The notes beneath the pieces are model-generated. The model did no database searches. It was not told the DNA's origin and saw only the letters and a program-made list of their open reading frames with translations. A stretch of DNA of 62,480 nucleotides, the filler included, from Hausera hauseri (Eukaryota): assembly GCA_046269625.1 (NCBI GenBank). It is 10 parts of 10 records of this genome, joined end to end, with 100 filler letters (N's around TTAATTAATTAA, not from the genome) between each part and the next. Parts side by side here need not be neighbours in the genome. Positions count along the whole stretch, not along the records: positions 1 to 4,039 come from JBJURY010802311.1; positions 4,140 to 10,318 come from JBJURY010129428.1; positions 10,419 to 15,764 come from JBJURY010274063.1; 7 more parts are not named here. The stretch is one strand, 5' to 3'. A program made the translations under genes and the position numbers. Below are positions 1 through 12,487 of this stretch, piece after piece (the stretch's first letter is position 1; every line of letters begins with the position of its first letter).

Positions 1-107
1 GATCGATAGTGTTCCGTGTGCACTATCGATCGACACATGTGCAATATCGATTTATCGACCTGGGGGGGGCAGAAAGAACATTTTCACACTACTTCTTCTA
101 AACCCTA
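1..107 (-). repeat. Probable polypurine tract plus start of the 3' LTR of the contig-1 Gypsy element
   Basis: On the minus strand, purine-rich AGGGTTTAGAAGAAGTAGTGTGAAAA is followed by TGTTC... at 80, downstream of the last ORF. There is a perfect 11-bp inverted repeat at 1-11/21-31. Confidence 0.45.
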
Positions 108-163
108 TTTTAGTCCGTTCGGTATTTTACTCTCTCGGTTGAATTCTAGATCATTCTGGCTTT

Positions 164-1700
164 TCAAGTTTTCTCCAATTTGTCGGTATAGGTTTTTGGA
201 TAATGGTTTGAGGACAGTGACGTACTGCTGCAAAAATTATCGATATCGAAACTGGGACTGACTGATGAATTATTCGCATTCTGGGCCATACTTACTCTGC
301 TAAAATAAAAATAAAGGTCAATCCTAAGACAGATAATCGTTTTGAAATAAAACATTTTCTCCGTCTGATGATAAGATAACCCGATCTGTAGTTGTCAGGT
401 TATTCTATCATAAAGTCCGTTTTGGTACCCTTTTACCCATTAATCTCCGTTTCGATTTTTACAGCGTTTGTTACAATTTCTAAAAACTAGAAAAGCCTTC
501 GCTGTTATTATGATAAGAACGAAAATTGACAAACTGAATATAGTTATTATCGGTAAGTTATTCGGTTTAGTAGAACTTTCCGCGGTGAACACATTTTGCA
601 TACTAAGATCTCTACACTGCATTACTTTAATTTTATTGCCAGGACTTCGTACTGTAAAAGTTTTAGGGTTCTTACCATCTGCGGTCATTCTGATTATATA
701 GTCATGTTGCGGTCGTAATAACCTGCATTTAGTTTCCTTACTATTCTTTCTTATGATCACAACTTGGTTGGTGTGCAGGGTGCGACATTCAATTTTGACG
801 TCTCAATTTAACTTCTCCTTAGCGTAAAATAGAATTCTATCGCCTTTTGCCAAAATCTTAACTGGCGTGCTTCCTGGCATTTCGTCTGAAGTGACGATCG
901 TAATAGTGGGAGTCGTTCTCGGAGCAATGGACGGTTTTCTCGTAGTGGTTTGAAATGGAAGTTTCCATATTCCGTTTTTCGGACGATATCCTCTTAAATA
1001 AGTACTTCGCTCTCCCGGGTGCGTATTATACAAATCGAACTGTAACTGATAATCCTGTCCTAGTTGTATTACACAGCACGCAGTAGATCGGCGTTTGGCC
1101 AGAAAACAATACTCCGAATTAGGAATAGAAGCATCCAATGGTATAAATCGAACAGAAATTTGCCTGTCTCCGGGCAGTTCTATTTTGTATTCAATCCGTA
1201 TACATTGATTCTTGAAGTCTTTGTAAATCACGTTAATGTGATAATCTAAGAGTCTTTTAACGGGTCAGTGCATCGGAGTATTTTGTCTGACTTGGCTTGA
1301 TTTGCGTCCTTTCGTTGGGGCATTCTTATCATAAGTTCTGAAAGTATATAAGCTTGAGCTCCAAACTGATTAGAATAAAACATTTGAAATCTTTATGCGT
1401 AGGCTTGTCCAAAATCTAAATCACAACATCTTTTGTGTTGTCCGTACGGAAAATCACAGGTTTTCATCGTGTTTCCGGTGACAAATATTATCTGAAATTT
1501 CATATAACTCGGAATGGGTTCGCTTGCTTTAAACCATGCACATGTCGTGTACTCTAAGTGATTGCATGTTCTGGATATCCCTGCGTTTCATCGCGTATCG
1601 TAGTTTTTCAGCTCTAGTTATTGATGTCACCTTTGGTACATAGGAAGCGATTAATGATAAGGCAAGAATTATTTGTACATGTGATATCGGTCTCGTAACG
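164..1700 (-). pseudogene. Disrupted type I membrane protein with FN3-like repeats in the env position, read on from integrase
   Basis: Signal-like HVQIILALSLIASYVP follows the integrase tail in ORF 1529..2047. Three repeats end in CCDLDFGQAY, CCVIQLGQDYQLQF and CRLLRPQHDYIIRMTA. There is a Thr-rich linker and a TM segment LPIITIFSLSIFVLIII followed by basic residues. Confidence 0.5.
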
Positions 1701-4039
1701 ATTGACGATGTTTTCTTTTCTTTATTTGCTTTGCTTGAACGCAATTTATAGCGCTTGTCTGCTTTCATTTCCGTTTTAACTACTATCTGAATTGATATAT
1801 CCTCTTCCTTGCCGTTTTTATTTATATAAACCGTGGTCGGCGTAATCTTAGTAACTTCATAAGGTCCTATGCCTGTTCTAGTAAGTTTGAGAGACGTGCC
1901 TTTCTTTGCCACTGGATAATGTACATAAACCCAATTTCCGGGTTCTAGATCGTGTGGTTTAGCCTTCGTATCATACTGTTTCTTGAATTTTTCCTGGTAT
2001 TCTTTAGATAATTCTTTGGCTATTTCCCAACAGTTGTGCAATCTCAATTGTAATGCTTCAACAAAATTCTGCTCTAAATCTTCAGTTCTTGTTGTGTATG
2101 GGATCAGTCATAAATCTGTAGGAAGCACCGCTTCTCTTCCATACATCATAAAAGTGGAGTGAATCCTGCCGTAGGATATGGAGTAGTATTAATGGCGAAC
2201 TCTGTACCTTATATGAACTCATCCCAATCCTTCTGGTCCTTTGCGATTACTGTCGATAAGATTCGTATAACGGTCGCGTTCATTCGTTCGACCATTCCAT
2301 TACATTGGGGATGATAAGCTGTGGTAGTTAGTCGTTCAATTTTGAAAATCTTAGTAATTTTATCGAAAAGTTCGCTCGTAAAGTTTTTTACTCGGTCTGT
2401 CAAGATTTGTTCGGGTGGCCCGTATCTACAAATGATTTTCCGGACTACTGCTTCTGCTAAGGTCTCGGCCTTTTGGTCTAATAACGCTATAAGTGCGACG
2501 AAATAAGTCAATCGGTCTATACAGGTCAAAATGTATTTGTTATTCCTGTGGGTTGTAGGCAAGGGTCCTACAATATCCATAAACATTGCGTGCATTGGTC
2601 TATCGGGCACGTCGATAGGCTTAAGCTCGGCGACGTAATTTTTTACTTTTCTTTGCTTGGTTGCGCATACATCGCAAGCATTCCCCCAATTTCTCACGTC
2701 GATATAGATGCTCGGCCAATAGTACTTATTTAAAATCCTTTCTAATATCTTTTTCCACGACATGTGTCCAGCTAAGTAGGAATCATGTTCGGCCATGAAT
2801 ACTTCCGTTCGTAATCCTTTCGGTATGATGACGAATTTCCGTCCTTTTCGTTTGTAGTATAACACATTTTCACAATTCAAATCTTCAGCAACGCAGTATT
2901 TGTGACCATGTCGTCGTAAGTGTTTCCGTAGTTGATGCGCTTTGGGTGTTACGTTAGTATCAACGAACTCGATAATCTGTTGTATAACCCTGTCTTTTCT
3001 CTGTTTGACAACAATTTTTAATGATTGTCCAGTGTGAGAGTCCGTTGTTTCTCTACTAAGTCTTCAAGGTGAGCTTTTCTCATTACCGTAACTGCGCTTG
3101 TTTTCGTTTTAAGTCCCGATAGTGCATCAGTATCGACATGTTTACTTCAGGGCTTGTATTGGAACTCGATATTATATCGCGATATCTCCTCAATCCATCT
3201 GTTGAGTATACAAGTTGGATTATTCGCTCTACCATTCAAAGTTGTAACTGCCTTATGATCCGTAACGATTACGATCTTTTGTCCGTAGACATATACATTA
3301 AAATTCCACAGTGCTTCTTTTACTGATAATGTTTCTAGTTCCGTAACGGAATAGTTCCTTTCTGCTTTCTTTAGAGAACGTCATCCGTATGCAATCGGGT
3401 GTTCTAATTCCTCGTCTTCTCGTTTTTGGGCCAGTTCATATCCGATACCTTCCTTACTTGTGTCTGTTTTGATTATGAATGGTATGTTGAAGTCGGGATA
3501 TCTTAAAACAGGTTCGCTAGTTAGAATTTTCTTCATTTCATCAATAGCCTTTTGTTCAACATGGGTTCATTTCCATTTGATCCCTTTCTTTAATAAACGA
3601 TACAGGGATGCATTTATCTCTGCGTTTCCTGGCACGTAGGTTGCGTAATATCCACATAGTCCTAGCCAGTGCCTTAATTAATTTTGATTTATGGGCTCCA
3701 TGAAGTCCGATATTTTACTTAACAGTGATTTATCCGGTTTTGACCCTCCTTCTCCTACTATATGTCCGAGGTAATATACAGCATTCTGAGCCCATTTGCA
3801 CTTCTTGGATTCAGTTTCAGTCCAGCTTGCTCTAATCTCATGAGTGTATCTTCAATATCCCTTAAATGATCTTCTTCCGTTTTTGATGCAATTATGACAT
3901 CGTCCAAATAGGCAAATGCGTGTTCCAGTCCCATTAGCATCTTCTTCATCATGCGGGTAAAAATGGCTGGTTCGGGAGTTATTCCAAATGGCATAACATT
4001 AAATTCGTATATACCGTCATGTGTCTTAAATTCTATTTT
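1700..4039 (-). mobile_element. pol: Ty3/Gypsy pol fragment (RT-RNaseH-integrase), degenerate
   Basis: RT MPFG and YLDD; RNase H YPDFNIPFIIKTDTS and YSVTELE; integrase HHCC (EHDSYLAGH...CDVC), DIVGPLP, TTAYHPQCNGMVERMN, GPY motif. Order is RT-RH-IN. Confidence 0.95.
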
Positions 4040-4139
4040 NNNNNNNNNNNNNNNNNNNNNNNNNNNNNNNNNNNNNNNNNNNNTTAATTAATTAANNNNN
4101 NNNNNNNNNNNNNNNNNNNNNNNNNNNNNNNNNNNNNNN
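4040..4139. other. Artificial contig linker (N-TTAATTAATTAA-N). Others at 10319-10418, 15765-15864, 21910-22009, 29721-29820, 34632-34731, 42647-42746, 47523-47622, 57635-57734
   Basis: Identical 100-nt spacer with stop codons in all six frames. Confidence 0.99.
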
Positions 4140-5270
4140 GGGGAAGTAGCCTAGAAAAACCGCGTTGAGGCAGCGTTAACTCATTTAATTTCTTATTTAT
4201 GTTGTTAATTGTCTTTTGTAACATTTTATTTTCTGTGCATTATTGCGCAATTTGTTGCTGCGGAATTGCATTTTGTTACTGTTGGTCTGTTGTTAATGCC
4301 GCAGAGATAGTTGGTTCTGTGTGTGAGTGCAGTACTTCATATGCTTTGTCCGCCAGTTCGGCTAGCTTTTCAAGAGCCGTGGAGTCTTCAACCACAGTTA
4401 GCAAAGCTCTTATTTGAAGGGGCAGTGCATTTAGAAAATAGCGACAAAGAAGTTCTGGACTATGCTGAGATGTTACGTCAAGGGTATTGAGATGAGACAA
4501 AGATGTGCTCAAGAATTCAGAGAGCTTCTGAAGGCCCAAGGCGTTGTCACTGAAGAATCTTTCAATAATAGAGTCGATTGACGGCTCAGTGAGCTTAAGA
4601 ATATCATTATAAAGTTGAGTATATGGGTCGGTGTGATGAAGGGTGTCAATGATATTGGTAATTTTAGTTTTGATAGAAGCTGGTAAATGAAAAAAGGCTG
4701 TTGGCTTTGGATAAAGAGTCGACGACGTTTTGTGATTTGAGCCAGAATTGATGAAGTTTTAACCAAGTTAGAGTACAGTTTTGGCTATCGAGGAAATATT
4801 CTGTACAGGGTGAATGAGTGAGGGGTGTGTTGTGTGAAAGTGTTTGAAGCATTTTGTTTGGGTAAGTAAGTGATAGAGACCTGTGGTTTGGTGGGTTTGT
4901 CCGTGGTATCACTTGTAGGTGGTGAATCCATGCCACCGCGGATGCGGAAGTGAATGTAAAGACAGACACAAATTGTAGAAGGTTGTAGGAGTCCAGCGAA
5001 AGGCACTATAGATACATTGTGTTAGATAGAAGTCAGAGGAGTGAAGTAAGGTAGAGGTGAAGTTGTGAATAGCTGCAGTGTGTAGGTGTGTTACCGTATA
5101 TGTATGAATGTGTTGGTTATTTAAAAAAAAAGAAAATGGAGTGCGAAGGGGTGATATGACCGGGGGCGTGTTGCTGGGCGGCAACAAAAGGTGCTGTATG
5201 ACCCAATGGTGCAGGATAAGCGGCCGGGGCCTCAACCTCGCCGCGGCGGGTCCCAAATTTCGGGGTAACC
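4140..5270 (-). mobile_element. gag: CsRN1-like Gypsy copy A: Ubl-gag 5' part (truncated by contig end)
   Basis: LYIHFRIRGGMDSPP (GG at 4932-4937) and RYFLNALPLQIRALL..LEKLAELADK. Clear nucleotide similarity to copies B-E. Confidence 0.9.
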
Positions 5271-5289
5271 GGGGTCCCTGGTTTTCTGC

Positions 5290-6000
5290 TGTCTTTTGGA
5301 GGACTTTAAGGGGTTCAAAACCGTTTTGGACTGGTATGCAGCAATAAGTCCGGGTTGAATAAATTTGGCATTAACACCACGGACATTATAACAATGAGTA
5401 AAATAATTGTTTCTCTTTAGTTCGACCTGCATATTATGATATTTGAATGGTTCAATGGAGGTCACTGCGAAATGATCAAGAACACGGATGTAGAAATGAC
5501 TTGGATTTGATGTACCACTTATTCGGAAGGACTGGTTTATCAACTTCCAGTTGAAGCATATGAGGTTGAGGAAATTCCCCATGCGCTTTTATTCGCAGAC
5601 ATATTTTATTTACACCCTTTGACTTTTCCTTTGCGAAAAAAAATTAACTGTTTTGTAACTTAACCAATCTGGTCTCTTACAGTCACACAGACTTGTAACC
5701 AAGCGTAAATAATAAGCATTCATTGAACTGAAGTCATTCGGATTCAGAAAAATGTAGGAATGATAGAGAGATGTCTCTTTAGTTTTGGATTTAGATGCCG
5801 GCGAGAATGGGAATTCAGAAGTTCTGTCTCTCAGGAGATTCAGTCGTCGACCGAATATTTCTTCTGTGACGTCGACGTGAAGCAGTGTACGTACATTATA
5901 CATCGATATCGCAGTTTGTTCAAAAGCCTCGTTCGAAATCAAAAAACGGGCATTTTAACGCAACCCTGCTATTGATTGCACTCCTTATCAACAACACCCA
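5290..6000 (-). pseudogene. TDRD12: TDRD12-like fragment (helicase C-terminus, Cys/His motif, Tudor start), intronless
   Basis: IFGRRLNLLRD...HSYIFLNPND...KICLRI..LEVDKPVLPNKWYIK..NPSHFYIRVLDH resembles recalled TDRD12 (VFGGRLYCMSD; LCPYLKAFGFC..CPDRH..LPSFGYIK). A second copy lies at 56420-57175. Confidence 0.65.
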
Positions 6001-6149
6001 ATTCAGGGGCAAAGAGCATTTTATCTCAGATCCAACGATCATTAATAAGTGATAAATTATTATTACTGGGCATTAATTCGATGTGATAATCAGTTATTAC
6101 AATATTGATGAGTATTACCTTTACAGGGATAGAGGAGTAATACGAACTT

Positions 6150-7750
6150 TCCTGGCACCAATTGACCGGATCCAGCGTGACACAACTCCTAAACGCTCCA
6201 GCGACCTTCCTGTACTTCTTGGCTTGCATGCAGCAAATTCCCATCGTGAAACGACGTGTTGATTTGTCGCGGATTGATCATTAGATACCGTTCAGAACAT
6301 TCAACGGCTCGAATGTGATCTCGATCGGTGCACCTGTAATGCTGCACCAGACATCTCGTTACACGAGCTGAACGCTGTCCAAAAGCTTCCTACGCCCGTT
6401 CGTAATGAACATGATTATACGTTAAGTCACTCAAATTACATAACAACTCTGCTGTTTTCCCCTTTCGTTCGATTTTCTTTCGTATTAAAGTTTACGCTCG
6501 TCCGCGATGACCCAGTCTGATATGCCGATCGATAATTATGTGCCATTGATCCCATGGCAAAACAGCGTTGAGTGCATTTTTTACACAGTTCACGTCGATA
6601 TAAACGTTGGTCAAACGCAATTGTAATTTCCAAATTGCTGGAATACGAGCCAACGAAAACCAAGAAAACCAATCGCCAGCTGATGGAATTACGTAACTGA
6701 ATTGATTACACATTTCTTCCAATTGCAATAAACATCGTTCATATCGTCGTGCTGTTTGGGTTTTTTCAAACAACGGCAGAGAAATGCGTCTGTTACAATT
6801 GTCCACGTTGATGTTCGTCCGGCTCCATCACTGAGTGCTGCGGATATGATCGAATCACATTGTTCACTAAGCAAATCATCTTTCCGATGGGCTTGGAAGT
6901 GTAATCGGCATTGGAAAACTAATACAGCTTGTTCGGCAAGTGACGGACGTTCGAATTCCGGCATGTTATTAAATTTGACTTTACCCTTTTGTACCTCGTC
7001 GTCCAAATAATGATCCTTTGGCAGAGTTTTTGATCCAGCTTCCGCCAGTGCATCATTGACAGACTTTCTCGAAGCCTTTTTATTTCGATTTACACTGAGA
7101 TAAAGTAAAAATTTATCGTCTTGTTGGAATTTTATCCGCCTACCCAGTGCTCCTTAAAGTTGCGTTTTTAAACCCAACAAAACTTGGCAATGATGAAATA
7201 ATCTCTCAGCTTCTTCGTATTGATAATTAAATAACTGCATGTAAGATGCCAATAAATGCATTTGAAATTCGCCCAGAACATCGATTGTATTGTGGCCATC
7301 GTTTCCTTTCACGAACTTAGCTATATCGAGACAATAATTATATTTCATCTAACAATTTCTGAGATCTTTTATCGCTCCAAGTACAATTATGGATATAAAC
7401 ACATTTCAGAAAGGTAAAGCAACTTTTGTAAATGTGTGAAATTCAATTCCGTTTCCATAAGATTTCTCGACAATTAATTTTCCAACCATAACAAAATCAA
7501 TCCTTGACACTTATTAAATGGAATTTCTCCTTCACATGTTAAATCCTCACGAATAAAAATTTGAAAATCAGAATTAATAAATAATTGATTAGATAAGGTT
7601 TCATCCTTGGGTCCAGTGAAATTCAAATGGATTGAAACATTAATACATATATCATAGAATTCCAATGCCGATAATGAATCATTTGGAAAATTTCATTAAC
7701 ATCCAAGAATGGTAACTGATTGATTTCTTTGAAAGTATCTAGAAGAATGG
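6150..7750 (-). pseudogene. TTC27: TTC27 (TPR protein) processed fragment
   Basis: Collinear motifs LNFTGP, GALGRRIKFQQ, RRYERCLLQLEEMCNQF, IPAIWKLQLRL and AFRSCVTLDP, with stops and frameshifts and no evident introns. Confidence 0.8.
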
Positions 7751-7979
7751 TCATTTTCTGACACTAATTATTAAGTGTAGTTTCGGAGAAATCATGTAAA
7801 ACCATTATCGAAGTTGCCATTTTTGTCGCCATACCAGCAAAAGAAAAATTCCAAAGTTGCTGCGAAAGACACGAATATTCCAAACTGAAATTCTTTAATA
7901 AAAATCGGCAAACACAAAATTCTGTGAAATGGTGTATACAGCTGAAATCGAAATTTAAAATTTAAAATTCTTTTTAAAT

Positions 7980-9230
7980 TCAAAAAGAGCACAAAACTGT
8001 GTATTGTTTTAAACAAAAATTCACATCAATGTATTTGTTTTTCAAATTGTCACCATGATAATCATTCAATGGACATTTGGTTTGCAATGAAGAAACGTCA
8101 TCGCCGAATTGCGGTTTCATCTGCACATTTTCATCGGACGTGGAAACATCGTTCTGTTGATTATCAGGAATAGTCAGAACCACTGTCATAAATTTGCTAG
8201 AAGAACGCGACATTGATTGGAGAATAAAGTTTTTAAGATTTTCCAAAGACGATTTGTTACGTGAATTCGTCTCGGTAAAATGACGCAATATCATTTCCCT
8301 GTTAAACGGTAATAAACCGATTTTTGAAACGATATCGCCAACAATTTGAAATTGATTTTCTTCCAAAACGATTGCAAAATAGCGGGGAATTTATCATTTT
8401 CTATGGATGGCAGTTGGATAGCGCCAAACCAACGAGAAAGAACGTTTTTACTTACAGAATGTCACTGGATTTCTGCGGCAAGCATACGAGAAGAATTTTA
8501 TTTTGTAAACAAATTGACGAAATGTTGTACGTGATATGACTGCCGTAACTATTTAGAAAAATCAAAATTGGACGGTCGTTGTGATGCTGTTTTTTGTGTG
8601 AGATAAGTTGTGATTTAATCCATACTTCGAAATGCGTCACTTCCATCCAGCCGCTGTCACTGATGGAATACTTCGTTGCTGTACGACTGTTTGTCACCCA
8701 TGACTGGTCAAAAATTGTCGCTTTGTAAACAACAAATGGCGGCAAAACAAGAGAAGAATTGGCATTGTTGCAAATTGAAACTGAATAAATTTTATCACCG
8801 TTAAGAGAAATGACATGTGCTGATCCATCACGAAATTCACAGCAGGATGAATTTAGTGTGGCATTGATTGGTAGCTCACGGAGACTATAGATCTGTGTGA
8901 CGGCATAATGCAGTGAATATTTACGGATCTGACTGAATTCGCGATATGCTGCACTGTAGCCGTTTTGGTAGGATCTTTGCCCATCGTTTTTCGAAATTTC
9001 GAATAAATATATTTGCATGATTTAATTGGTTGTCCAATGGAATACTTCGACTAGCAAAAATGCAAAACTGCATTAGCATGTTTTGTATATCACATTTCCC
9101 CAGTGGCCAACCGTAATCCCCAGCATAACGCAAACATTCGGCAATATGTTTTTCATCTGCTTATTGTAATGCAGATTGTTGTTTTTGTTTTGTACGGGAA
9201 GTAGTATACTTTTGAGTATTTCTCGTAAGT
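7980..9230 (-). mobile_element. pogo/Tigger-type DDE_1 transposase remnant
   Basis: CENP-B-like HTH (YAGDYGWPL), LPPFVVYKA, SDSGWMEVTHFEVW, RPILIFLNSYGSH, LLVCLPQKSSDIL and KIGLLPFN. Confidence 0.85.
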
Positions 9231-9389
9231 GGGCGTATCATTCAAAGAAATTCCATTAATTACAAAATTAATCTTTCAGAGTTTTAATTTTGTTATTGAA
9301 CGATTGCGTTTTAATTGTCGCCATTTAAAGGAATATTAGAGTTTTCCAGACGGTGTAAACAGCATCAATATTGAAATTATACAATTTTC

Positions 9390-9495
9390 AAAGCGGAAGA
9401 TCGGGACCCGCCTATGGACCCGACGCGGCGGCAACGGATGTCCGGCTGTGTCCAACCAAGTGGGCCAAAGGGCACCGGCCGCTGTGTGCACCACA
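9390..9495 (-). repeat. GC-rich ~105-nt terminal repeat starting TGTGGTGCACACA (putative LTR 5' end)
   Basis: Similar along its length to 12375-12487 and 35596-35697. The first 13 nt nearly match the sequence following the PPT of copy E (51065). Confidence 0.75.
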
Positions 9496-9866
9496 TGTAT
9501 TTTCATGGGATTTTGGTGCATTAGTTTCATACGATAGTTTGAAAAATAAGCATAAACCGAAAAATTTTCTCGCAAATAATTACGAAAAATATATCAGTTA
9601 TTATGTCGGATTGTCCACAAGCGACTTGAAATAAGGTTTGTTTCTTGTCGGGTAAAGTAAATACCACTGTTCTGACGTATTTTCATTGGTGAAAATGTAA
9701 ATGTGAATTCTGTCAAAGCCACTTCCCAGGCTCCGTGGTGTAAATCGAGCGGTTGGTCCAAGTGCACGGTAAACTGTTTAGCGGTATGGTTGTCATTGTC
9801 GTCATGTTGTAATAATGATCTGTTATTATCAGGTACCAAGTAAATGCTGCTGCTGCTGCTGCTCAT
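9496..9866 (-). pseudogene. Polinton/adintovirus minor capsid (penton)-like gene, interrupted at 9495
   Basis: NTxxxFTVHLDQPLDLHHGAWEVALTEFTF-type N-terminal motif typical of Polinton minor capsid proteins. It lies directly downstream of a Polinton-type integrase. Confidence 0.7.
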
Positions 9867-9899
9867 TGAATATGTGATGCAAAAATCAAACTCGGTGCT

Positions 9900-10318
9900 G
9901 TGTATCCGTGCAACATGACGAGATATTGTTTATTCGTACGTTTGCCACATGAACGTAGAATTACCTGAATGCGATATACATCGAGTTTCTCGGGAAGTAC
10001 TTACAGTTCATGTTCGTAGAATTTACCGCGTATTTCCTCACCGTTTGTTTTGTGTTGATTGCCGAAATGCGGGAAACCTCGTCGCTCCAGTTCTGATTGA
10101 AATTCTTAAAGAATGGCGTTGTACTTATTTTTGATATACGTACATAATCACCAATTTTATACTTGGGACGACGTTTAGTTGGTCGTCGTCGGTTTTAATA
10201 AAGCCACATATCCAAATCATCGATTACATCAACCGGCCGTAATCCATTGGTACCACGATGTGCCGAATGATTGTATGCATGAATAATATCCGGCAGTACA
10301 TCTACCCAGCATTTGTTG
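9900..10318 (-). pseudogene. Polinton-type retroviral-like integrase, C-terminal part
   Basis: WVDVLPDIIHAYNHSAHRG..RP..PKYKIGDYVRISK..FFKNFNQNWSDE. Confidence 0.85.
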
Positions 10319-11199
10319 NNNNNNNNNNNNNNNNNNNNNNNNNNNNNNNNNNNNNNNNNNNNTTAATTAATTAANNNNNNNNNNNNNNNNNNNNNNNNNN
10401 NNNNNNNNNNNNNNNNNNCTCGAAATTGGTTCAGCTTCAGTTTTAGTTTTAGATCAATGACAAAAAAGAAAAAATTAATTAATCAATTTCACTCAGGAAA
10501 TGAAATATGTTATTTCCTTTAAATTATTTGCTGAATTGCAAAAATTCATGACAAATTCAACCGTTTAAGTTTTTTTTAATTGTGCCCAAATCACGTTGTA
10601 TCGTAAGTTCGCAATTAACAAAAAGATAAAAAAATATAATTTCAGTAATTTCAGGCCCAGTGTACATAATAGACGAGTGCGGAGGTGCGTTGCACAACCG
10701 ATTTATCCGACCTATTTTTTTCTTTGAAAAAAAAACAAAAAAACAAAAGAAATATTTTGTTTGAATTCGCAAAAGATTTTCGCTTGGAGAATTTTAAACA
10801 TCCATTTTTTTTCTTTACTCTTTTGGGAAAATAAATTTTTGGAAATACTTTTCGGTTCGTTTTACCAGAGCTAATATTTTATACCATGGAATTTATTTGG
10901 AATGGTACAGGCGTTGAAAATCAAATCCCCCTCGATGATTTATGATAGCAATTTTGGGAGGAATGCGACCCTTTTTGGGGGTGTGTTGGCTCTCCCAATA
11001 AACCCTGGTATAGTGGTTTCACTCTTCAAAACTAAGTCAATTCGGGAACAATTCGGATACAACAACAAAGAAAACAACAATCAGTATCAGAAGCCCAACA
11101 CAGATAATCACACCGACAAAATTGGAATGACGGAAATGACGAAATCGACTCCTTTTATGTACACAAGCCTACTAAGTACAATTACAGTTATGAAATTTA

Positions 11200-12200
11200 T
11201 TGATGGGAAATAATTGGCCAGTGATTGTCAATGTCAAATAGATTTTGATAATTTGAGCTGCTTGACCGAAAATTGTGGGAATCGGAAAATGGGCAGGGCA
11301 CAACAACATAACTGATATCTTTGTTCTGTCCAATATCGTTATCATTAGCGATTTTATCCATGGATGATTTGTTGAAAAATTTGTTATGTGCCCAACAATT
11401 TATAATCTAATTTAAAGTCTGAACGGTTTTCAACTGACAGACCATTTTCGTGAGCATAATGAGTGAGCACCAAAAAAGAGTGTAACGAGCATCGAGTGCA
11501 GTCGACTGAATGGAAATCCGAGGACAATTACAAATATCAGAATCACGTCAAAAGCGTTTACGTCATTGATACAAGCGTACATGATAAGAAACAAAACAAC
11601 AATGTTCGTAAAATGCACTTCAAACAAAAATCGCCAAAATTTCCGGTGCATCAAATAAAAAAACTTCGTTAGATGTTCGACAACTGTATGAAACATGCTC
11701 TTGACGTCTTCAATGAAAGCAGATACATTGGAAGTCGATGAAGTAGCCGTTGATGTGTGAAGGTTGGCTGATTTCCTCCGACTTCTTTGCTATCACCAAA
11801 CTGAAATAGATTCATGGCTGACAATTTAAGAAATGGTCGATGGAAATATCTAACTTGAACTATAATCACAACTAGGAATACCACCGGAGTTAAGAGTTCT
11901 TCAAAAAGTGCTTTCGTTTCGTATCATTGTGGACCAATATCTTGTAATATTTCAACTGATAATCCAGTCTTATTCTGCCAGGTAACCGGTAAATTTTGAA
12001 ACTGGAAGGTGTAAATTGCAAACAGAACGATCACACTGTACCCAATGACAACCCACCAAAACACACATCAGTTTCCTCCAAAAAGGTATAAGATATCATA
12101 AATGTCAATTAAAAGTAAATCAACATGAGCATGTAAACAATTCTAAACACAACAACGGGGCCCTGAATAAAGACAAATAGCATTGGAAAACAACGGACTA
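11200..12200 (-). pseudogene. PIEZO: Piezo mechanosensitive channel fragment, intronless
   Basis: FRIVYMLM..FWRKL..WWVVIGYSVIVLFAIYTFQF, QVRYFHRPFLKL and FWRFLFEVHFTNIVVL match Piezo TM units. Confidence 0.85.
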
Positions 12201-12374
12201 GAATTCAGATTGGTTTTGGTTTTGATCGGAAGTTCGTTCAAATTGATCCCGTAAATATACTGGATAACGAGCAACACAGTGGCTTAGAACGCGATCAACG
12301 GACTTATGTATAAACAGGCTCGTCTGGAGTCTGGCATCATTTTTGTGTCTGAGGTCTATTTGAGCAAAAATCAG

Positions 12375-12487
12375 AAATTTTCGAAGCAAAAGATCGAGAC
12401 AGATTACGGGCCCAAAGCGGCGGCAACGAAAGCCCGGCCGTGACCGACCAAATGGGCCAAAGAGCACCGGACGCTGTGGGCACCACA
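12375..12487 (-). repeat. TGTGGTGCCCACA terminal repeat copy
   Basis: TGTGGTGCCCACAGCGTCCGGTGCTCTTTGGCCCATTTGGTCGG... aligns with 9390-9495. Confidence 0.75.

Noticed and set aside
4040-4139. Repeated TTAATTAATTAA palindrome within N runs
   Set aside because: It is an artificial contig linker. Adjacency across linkers has no biological meaning.
9390-9495. HDV-like ribozyme in the GC-rich repeat (GGCCGGT...GCCGG)
   Set aside because: No recognisable L3/P1.1 or J4/2 consensus, and the P1-like pairing is not kept in the 35596 copy.
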